Both the position numbers and the translations under genes were made by a program. Below the pieces are notes generated by a model. The model ran no database searches. It had not been told where the DNA came from and saw nothing but the letters and a program-made list of their open reading frames with translations. Shown here in pieces: positions 57,728 to 64,000 of a DNA stretch of 64,000 bases. The DNA comes from Leptospirillum sp. (lineage in GTDB: Bacteria > Nitrospirota > Leptospirillia > Leptospirillales > Leptospirillaceae). Each line of letters opens with the position of its first letter. The stretch's first letter is position 1. Location: positions 9,454 to 73,453 of the forward strand of contig JBBIRA010000001.1 of the NCBI GenBank assembly GCA_037442005.1. The letters are read 5' to 3'.

Positions 57728-58886
57728 GAACAGGTTCCGCGTTGGATCCCTTTTTCCCCTCCGTGGTCAGGGTGATCGGAGACCACGATGGATCCTGTGG
57801 TGTACGGGGATGGATCGGCGTCTCTCGGGCGGACGGGGTTGGATCCTTGAGCTCTTTTCCTGTCAATGGATCGGGAGAGAGAGTGTGTCCCTGGTCCCTG
57901 ATCATTGCGATATCCTCAAGCGGAGGTCTTCCCATCCGGGTCAGATAGTTTCCGATCATGACACCATCGGCGCCATGGCGGAAAATTTCCGGATGGCGGC
58001 TACCTAAAGCCTGCACCCTTCCTCCGGTGATTCTGATTTCTTTTCGGGGAAGCATATACCGGGCAACGGCAATGGATCGAAGGGCGTCTTTGGCTTCGAT
58101 CCCGGCTCCTTCATCATAGAGAGGTGTTCCTGGTATCGGAACGAGAAAGTTTAACGGGATCGAGTCAACGTCAAGATCCCTCAGGGAGGCCAGCATGGAG
58201 ACACGATCTTCTTCTGTCTCACCCAGCCCGAAAATCCCCCCTGAACAGACTGAAATCCCTTTCGCCTGAGCCCTGCGAATGGTCTCAACCCGGTCTTCCC
58301 ATTTGTGAGTGGTGACGATGTTTCCAAAATATTCCCGGGATGTTTCGAGATTATGGTGGAGCCGATTCAGTCCGGCCTCTTTCAGTTGATCAAGGACTTC
58401 TTCCGAGAGAATGCCCAGAGTGGCACAGGACCAGACCCCGACATCTTTTCTGACTGTTTGGATGGACTGGCAGATCGAGTCCACTTCCAGCGGGTCGGAC
58501 AAGCCCCGGCCAGAGGTGGCGACGCAAAATCGCCGGGCCCCGTTTTCGACGGCAAGCCGGGCGGTCTCCTGAATCTGCGCGGCCGGGACGATGGCGAATC
58601 CGGGAGAGATCGTGGTGTGGTGGGAGGACTGGGAGCAGAAGTGACAGTCTTCCCCGCACCCTCCGGATTTGGCATTCATGACCGTACAGGGATCAATGGC
58701 ATTGCCCCGGAAGGCTTCCCGGATCCGGTTTGCCCCTTCCATCACCGGTTCAGAGAGGGCTTGCGGTAAAGAAAAAATCCAGAGGGCATCAGCCTGACTG
58801 ATGCCGATGCCTGAGAGAGCGGTTTCAGTCAGGCGGGAAAGCCGTTCGAGGCATTCTTCCTGGTGGCTGTCTCCGGAAAAAGACAT
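57720..58886 (-). CDS. bioB: Biotin synthase
   Basis: 'CGEDCHFCSQS', 'HHNLETS', 'CSGGIFGLGE', 'SIPLNFL', 'GNYLT'; ATG after GAAAGGA. Confidence 0.95.
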   Translation of the reverse strand: MSFSGDSHQEECLERLSRLTETALSGIGISQADALWIFSLPQALSEPVMEGANRIREAFRGNAIDPCTVMNAKSGGCGEDCHFCSQSSHHTTISPGFAIVPAAQIQETARLAVENGARRFCVATSGRGLSDPLEVDSICQSIQTVRKDVGVWSCATLGILSEEVLDQLKEAGLNRLHHNLETSREYFGNIVTTHKWEDRVETIRRAQAKGISVCSGGIFGLGETEEDRVSMLASLRDLDVDSIPLNFLVPIPGTPLYDEGAGIEAKDALRSIAVARYMLPRKEIRITGGRVQALGSRHPEIFRHGADGVMIGNYLTRMGRPPLEDIAMIRDQGHTLSPDPLTGKELKDPTPSARETPIHPRTPQDPSWSPITLTTEGKKGSNAEPVHG

Positions 58887-59081
58887 GGTCAGAGTCCTTT
58901 CAGTGAAATAATGGGGGTGTTGAAACGGTCGGACACGGCAAAAGACGGCGTTCAGTTGAGGAGTCATGAAATCAATGGTAGTCCGTCCGGAGCTTTTTAG
59001 GAAGGGGGTTCTCTTTTGAGCGGCTTCTTTCTCCAGAGGAGTTTGGACGTCAACACCAGTCTTTTTTCAGGGATTTAAAGG

Positions 59082-59104
59082 AAAGGGGGCATGCCGCCCC
59101 CTTT
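59082..59104 (-). terminator. Terminator after nemA
   Basis: AAAGGGGGC-ATGCC-GCCCCCTTT. Confidence 0.65.
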
Positions 59105-59123
59105 GGGAAACCGGTGTGATCGC

Positions 59124-60212
59124 TCAGTCAAGAGTGGGGTAGTCGGTATAGCCTTTGGTTCCGCCCCCATAAAACGTATTGGGGTCCGGGGTATTGAGCG
59201 GAGATCCCTTCTTGAAGCGCTCCACAAGGTCAGGATTGGCCAGAAAGGGCCGGCCATAGGCGACAAGGTCCGCCAACCCTTCCGTAAGGATCCTGTTGCC
59301 TTTGTCGCGGTTGTATTCGCCGGCCACCATGAGTGTCCCCGTCGTCAAGGGTCTGAAGAAACGGGCGGAAAGATCCGGGGTCGGGTGCTCTCCTTCCGGA
59401 ACAGCCGGTTCGATCAGATGAATATACGAAAGGTTCATGGCGGAAATCTTTTTCACCACATAGCCGAAGGTTTCCTGGGGATGGGAATCTCCCATGTCAT
59501 TAAATGTTCCACCCGGGGAAAGCCTGACACCGACCCGGTCTTTGCCAAAGACAACAGAAACGGCTTCGAGGACCTCAAGAAGCAGCCGGGCGCGGTTTTC
59601 CACGCTTCCGCCATACTGGTCTTTCCGGAGGTTTGTGCTGTCTTCGAGGAACTGGTCCAGAAGATATCCATTGGCTCCATGGACTTCAACCCCGTCAAAG
59701 CCGGCATTTTTTGCATTTTGTGCCGCGGTCTGAAATTCCCGGATGATCCCGGGAATCTCGGAGAGTTCCAGCGCGCGCGGCGTTGGGATCTCTTTCGGAC
59801 CCTGTGGCGTATAAGCGGTGACTCCTCTCGGCGCAATGGACGATGGCGCAACCGGGAGTTGTCCTGAATGAAAGTCCGGGTGGGAAATTCGTCCGACATG
59901 CCAGAGCTGAAGAAAAATCAGTCCGCCATTCTGGTGAACGGCCCCGGTGATCTTTTTCCATCCCTCAACCTGCTTCTGGGAATAGATTCCGGGAGTCTGG
60001 ATATATCCCTGGCCCAACGCCGAAATCTGGGTGGCCTCCGTAATAATCAGTCCTGCAGAGCCACGCTGCTGGTAGTAGGGGATCATGATTTCAGAAGGGA
60101 CATTCTCCGCTCCGGCCCGGCTTCGGGTCATTGGTGCCATCACCATCCTGTTCTTGAGCGTGTAGGTGCCCAGCTTGTAAGGCGTGAAGAGATCAACTGA
60201 AGTCTGGTTCAT
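59124..60212 (-). CDS. nemA: Old-yellow-enzyme alkene reductase
   Basis: 'NRMVMAPMTRSRA', 'QLWHVGRISH', 'EVHGANGYLLDQF', 'YGRPFLANPDL', 'GYTDYP'. Confidence 0.93.
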   Translation of the reverse strand: MNQTSVDLFTPYKLGTYTLKNRMVMAPMTRSRAGAENVPSEIMIPYYQQRGSAGLIITEATQISALGQGYIQTPGIYSQKQVEGWKKITGAVHQNGGLIFLQLWHVGRISHPDFHSGQLPVAPSSIAPRGVTAYTPQGPKEIPTPRALELSEIPGIIREFQTAAQNAKNAGFDGVEVHGANGYLLDQFLEDSTNLRKDQYGGSVENRARLLLEVLEAVSVVFGKDRVGVRLSPGGTFNDMGDSHPQETFGYVVKKISAMNLSYIHLIEPAVPEGEHPTPDLSARFFRPLTTGTLMVAGEYNRDKGNRILTEGLADLVAYGRPFLANPDLVERFKKGSPLNTPDPNTFYGGGTKGYTDYPTLD

Positions 60213-60335
60213 CGGGAACATCCTCCTTGACGCTAAAAAATAAAGAGATCATTGATGCCATTTTATCAAAGAGTCCGGACGCCCCTTTATAAGAGGTCCG
60301 GATTGTTTCATGCGGTGATCGGTCGCTTTGTCCGG

Positions 60336-60779
60336 TCAGGGGATCCCCGCAATCAGGTCCGACAGGCTGGTTTTTCCAAGGCTTGCTTCCAGCGATTCTG
60401 AAACCGAAAAAAACACGGGTTCGATCAATTGGTACATATGAACACTGACCGGGCAATCCTTATTGGGAGGATTGGGGTTAAAGGAAAAAAGCGTTTCTCC
60501 GCCCACCGCCTTCAAAATGTCGAGAAGCGTGATTTGATCCGGGGGCTTTGCCAGCGCAACACCACCGCCCTTTCCTTCAAGTGCTTTGACCAGTCCGGCT
60601 TTTTTGAGATCAAGGAGCATACGGCGGACAACAACCGGATTGGTGTTGATACTCTTGGCCAGTAGTCCGGAGCTGACCCACGGCCAATGGCCCTCCTGAT
60701 GGGAGGAAGAATGATCAGGAAGATACCCGAGCCCCACCATAATATGTGTTGCCATTGCCAGGCGACTGTTTGCTGCCAT
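60336..60779 (-). CDS. Rrf2-family regulator (single-Cys HypR/SaiR/YwnA type)
   Basis: 'LAKSINTNPVVVRR', 'GKGGG..LAK', 'ITLLDI', 'NKDCPV'. Confidence 0.9.
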   Translation of the reverse strand: MAANSRLAMATHIMVGLGYLPDHSSSHQEGHWPWVSSGLLAKSINTNPVVVRRMLLDLKKAGLVKALEGKGGGVALAKPPDQITLLDILKAVGGETLFSFNPNPPNKDCPVSVHMYQLIEPVFFSVSESLEASLGKTSLSDLIAGIP

Positions 60780-60814
60780 ACTGTAACTCTATTTGTTATA
60801 GATCGTGAAGTCAA
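60780..60814 (-). promoter_or_regulatory. Leaderless promoter with overlapping Rrf2 operator
   Basis: TTGACT-17-TAGAGT-6 nt-ATG; imperfect palindrome TGTAAC-N7-GTTATA at 60782-60800. Confidence 0.7.
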
Positions 60815-60906
60815 TCTGGTCCGGCCTGTCCGGCTTATCCGAAACGGTAAGGCTCATTTGTTTACAGGGGCCAGAATCATCCGGGGAAATAGAAAGGAAG
60901 ACCCGC

Positions 60907-62187
60907 CTAGGGAGCCTGAACCTCTTCCGACTGTTCCGGGAGAACGTCCGGACGCGTGGGGAGGGATGGCCGTCCGTACCGGTTCAAAAAGGTTTCCAGT
61001 GTGACCGGCGTTCCAACCATTGTTTCAAGACGCGTTGAGAAGGAGGGCCGGACCATGGTTTCCGCATTTTCAAGAGAAATGTTTCTCAGAAGGACCCACG
61101 CCTGTTCTTCCTTCTGGTCCCAGAAAAAAGGCTCGTCCATGCGTGTTTTTTCTTCGATTCCCTTCATCGTCGATCCATTTGCGCGGACCGGTAGCAGGGA
61201 GATATTGGGGATTTCATGGCGGATCAACCCGATCATGTGTTCGGCCTGACGAATGTCATATCCTGCCGGAACCAGCCACTGTCGGGCATAACGGTATTGG
61301 GGCGACCAAGTAAATGTCTTGACGCTGTTCAGGATAACCCGTTCCATTTTCTGGAGTGCTTTTCGGAATGTGGCCAGGCTTGTTCTCTGGAGAAAATCGG
61401 CATTGGCCGAAACGGAAATGACCGGAAGAATCCTGGCACAGCGGATCATGTTGTGGATCCAGAGGTGGTTCAGGTTTTTTCTCTCTTCAGAGATCGATGA
61501 TCCCCAAATGCGGGGAATCACGGGGAAGTTTTGGGGCATTCCCGGGAGGGTGGTGGGGTCCACCCCCCTGGCAAGGCCGATGGGCGTTCCCCGGGCTGTG
61601 CGGAAAATGACGCCGGGCTCAAATTTCTGGCGATATTCCCCCTGGAAAGCGCCAAAAGCCAACGCGCAGAGTGTTTCTTCGTCAAGCTTGGTCAGCCACT
61701 CCGTGACATGGTGCTCCAGGACATTATCCCATCCGGAAAAGTTCGGGTTTTTGACCACGGAAACATCGGTTCCCGATCCTTCCGGGATAAAAAGAAAATG
61801 AATGCCGTTGGCAAACTTTCTGGCGGAGATGCCCAGCCTGGGGGGAAGCGTCAGGTCTTTTCTCCGGACCTTGAAGACGAGGTGGCTGCGTTTGTCAGCG
61901 AAGATCTGTGTCCGGAATTCGTCGAGGACACGGGACTCGGAACCGGGGATGATATCGGCCAGCGCGGTAAAGAAGAGGTCTTGGGCTTTCAGTGTCGGAA
62001 GGGTGGCGAAAAGGGCCGGCAGATTATCAGACCGATAAACCAGGTCTCCGGTACGGGAGAAGCCCAGATGCCAGGCTTCAGGGGGGAAGTCGACCTCCCT
62101 CCGGGCCAGGGCCCGCTCGATGTCGGTCGGAGCCATGAGTGTGGGAGCCTGATTCATCAGGGGATGGGGAGCTGCAATGATTTTCAT
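60907..62187 (-). CDS. Hypothetical cytoplasmic protein (426 aa)
   Basis: Long ORF with GGAG RBS; C-terminus faintly resembles a degenerate GGDEF fold. Confidence 0.6.
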   Translation of the reverse strand: MKIIAAPHPLMNQAPTLMAPTDIERALARREVDFPPEAWHLGFSRTGDLVYRSDNLPALFATLPTLKAQDLFFTALADIIPGSESRVLDEFRTQIFADKRSHLVFKVRRKDLTLPPRLGISARKFANGIHFLFIPEGSGTDVSVVKNPNFSGWDNVLEHHVTEWLTKLDEETLCALAFGAFQGEYRQKFEPGVIFRTARGTPIGLARGVDPTTLPGMPQNFPVIPRIWGSSISEERKNLNHLWIHNMIRCARILPVISVSANADFLQRTSLATFRKALQKMERVILNSVKTFTWSPQYRYARQWLVPAGYDIRQAEHMIGLIRHEIPNISLLPVRANGSTMKGIEEKTRMDEPFFWDQKEEQAWVLLRNISLENAETMVRPSFSTRLETMVGTPVTLETFLNRYGRPSLPTRPDVLPEQSEEVQAP

Positions 62188-62511
62188 GGATGGACTCCGG
62201 TATCACCCCGATGATTGTGGTCGTCTCTCCGGGCGCTTTCGCGCAACCATTTTCATGAGAATCATAAGTTTGAATGATGTTTGGATGCAATAGGGATGGT
62301 CGTGAGAGAGAGGGGGGGAGCGCGAAATCATTCCGGGTTTATTTTTATGCATCTCTTTAATGTATTGCCCAAATCCTCTGATGTCGTTGTCTTTTATCCT
62401 GCATCCAAAGTATGATCGGGGCTGATTTCATTGCTTTGTTCCCGCTGGCCAGTGATCCGGTCTGGATCCGGTCTGTGGCTGTGATCAGGTAGTGTCTTGA
62501 TGGAGGATGAT

Positions 62512-63402
62512 ATGTCGGGGTCCGGAGCTCAGAATTTTCAGGAAATGATCCTGACTCTGAAACGCTATTGGGGAAACGAAGGGTGTCTGTTGCCTGAACC
62601 TTGGGATATGGAGATGGGGGCGGCGACCTTTCATCCGGAAACGTTTTTTGGCGCATTGGGAAGCCGCAGGAAACGCACGGCATATCTCCAGCCCTGCCGG
62701 CGCCCCACAGACGGACGTTATGGGGAAAATCCGAACAGACTTCAGCGCTATTACCAGTTTCAGGTCATCCTGAAGCCGTCGCCCGACGAGACGCAGTCCC
62801 TGTATTTGAAAAGCCTTGAAGCTCTGGGCATTACTCTCTCCGATCACGATATCCGCTTTGTTCATGATGACTGGGAGTCTCCGACACTGGGGGCCTGGGG
62901 GCTCGGTTGGGAAGTGTGGCTCGATGGCATGGAGGTGACCCAGTTCACCTATTTTCAGGAAATTGCCGGGATTCCGCTCTTTCCGATCACGGTCGAGATC
63001 ACCTATGGTCTTGAACGGCTGGCCATGTACCTTCAGGGTGTGGAGAATGTCTACGATCTGGCTTACTCCCACGATGTCACTTACGGTGAAGTCCATCAGG
63101 AAAATGAGCGTCAGCAGTCCCACTTCAACTTCTCTCAGGCGCCGGTGGACGCTTTAAGGGAATCCTTTTCCCATTGGGAAGAACAGTCTGCCCGACTGGT
63201 CTCCTCCGGTCTGTATCTTCCGGGGTACGAAATGGTTCTGAAAATGTCCCATACCTTCAATCTGCTGGATGCCAGAGGGGCGGTCAGCACTTCGGAACGA
63301 CAGCGGTTTATCGGCCGTGTCCGGGGTCGTGCCCGGGCTGTGGCTTTATGTGCCATGGAATCGCTGGAAGGAAAAGCGGCTGGTACGGAGGTTGCCGGAT
63401 GA
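62512..63402 (+). CDS. glyQ: Glycyl-tRNA synthetase alpha subunit
   Basis: '[16 protein letters not shown]', '[18 protein letters not shown]', 'EITYGLERL'. Confidence 0.98.
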   Translation: MSGSGAQNFQEMILTLKRYWGNEGCLLPEPWDMEMGAATFHPETFFGALGSRRKRTAYLQPCRRPTDGRYGENPNRLQRYYQFQVILKPSPDETQSLYLKSLEALGITLSDHDIRFVHDDWESPTLGAWGLGWEVWLDGMEVTQFTYFQEIAGIPLFPITVEITYGLERLAMYLQGVENVYDLAYSHDVTYGEVHQENERQQSHFNFSQAPVDALRESFSHWEEQSARLVSSGLYLPGYEMVLKMSHTFNLLDARGAVSTSERQRFIGRVRGRARAVALCAMESLEGKAAGTEVAG

Positions 63403-64000
63403 CAAATGACCTGTCTTTTCCCCTGCCAACGCATGCACTGGACCGGGCGGCGCTCCTGGAAGTGGGATGCGAGGAGCTTCCTGCCGGGCTGATGCCCTCT
63501 CTCCGGGAGTCCCTTCTTTCGGGAGCCAGACGGCTTCGGGAGGAGTTCCGGCTGGGAGAAGGGGATGTCCGTATCTTTGCCACCCCCCAGCGGCTGATTG
63601 TGTTTTTTCTTGACCTTCCCGAAGCGCAGGAGTCCCGTGTTGAACGGGTGACCGGGCCTCCCGCCCGGCTCGTGGGATCCCTTCCGGATCACCCCTCTCC
63701 TCAGGCGATCGGATTTGCCCGTAATCAGGGGGTTCCTGTCTCCGATCTGTTCCTTCTTGAGACGCCCAAAGGGGCGTATGTGGCGGTTGACCGGAAATTG
63801 CCCTCAAACCCGACCCGCGAGGTTCTTCCCGACCTCTTCTCCCGGCTTTTGTCGGGGATCACTCTTCCGAAATCCATGCGATGGGGCGAAGGGGCCGGCC
63901 CCTTTTTGCGACCGGTGTTGTGGATCCTCAGTCTGTTCGGGGAAGAGCCGGTTCCCTTTTCCTTCTGTGGGGTCTCCTCCGGTAAACAGACCCGGATGCC
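63399..64000 (+). CDS. glyS: Glycyl-tRNA synthetase beta subunit, 3'-truncated by the window
   Basis: ATG overlaps glyQ stop; '[10 protein letters not shown]', 'ATPQRL', 'GPP', 'PKSMRWG..FLRPV'. Confidence 0.92.
   Translation, partial: MTNDLSFPLPTHALDRAALLEVGCEELPAGLMPSLRESLLSGARRLREEFRLGEGDVRIFATPQRLIVFFLDLPEAQESRVERVTGPPARLVGSLPDHPSPQAIGFARNQGVPVSDLFLLETPKGAYVAVDRKLPSNPTREVLPDLFSRLLSGITLPKSMRWGEGAGPFLRPVLWILSLFGEEPVPFSFCGVSSGKQTRM

Noticed and set aside
58887-59080. BirA operator upstream of bioB
   Set aside because: No convincing TGTAAAC/TGTCAAC inverted pair found
1-64000. CRISPR arrays, tRNA/rRNA genes, transposases, integrases, prophage genes
   Set aside because: None recognised by eye; tRNAscan-SE, Infernal and ISEScan would be needed to exclude short or degenerate elements

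Overview
Bacterial chromosomal window, mostly housekeeping and envelope genes. Gene content and order suggest an acidophilic Nitrospirota, probably Leptospirillum (inference only). Left to right: the 3' part of a non-canonical pel exopolysaccharide operon (pelA end, PelB split into two genes, pelC, an extra stand-alone PelA-hydrolase-like lipoprotein, pelDEFG); a co-oriented run of FNR-like reductase, output-less Cache sensor, catalytically degenerate 3-hydroxyacyl-CoA dehydrogenase, DUF1848 and DUF5069; Slp lipoprotein, methyltransferase, galE, SNF2 ATPase; TPR-LysM lipoprotein-degT-bioD; GNAT-gad-kch acid-resistance genes; DUF3105 plus an orphan RND pump; yicC-remA-gmk-rpoZ-coaBC followed by a TPR/roadblock gene split by one in-frame TAA, aroQ-efp-accB-accC-thiE; a glycogen debranching enzyme; an AT-richer LuxR/lipoprotein islet; PBP and CBS genes; a ~1 kb intergenic region with a candidate GGA-rich sRNA or chained small ORFs and a triple Fur-type operator ahead of a TPR lipoprotein plus outer-membrane barrel; bioB-bioW-bioF; a leaderless Rrf2-nemA operon; and glyQ-glyS (truncated). 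No rRNA, tRNA, CRISPR array or transposase was recognised. All family calls are from motif recognition by eye, not database searches.
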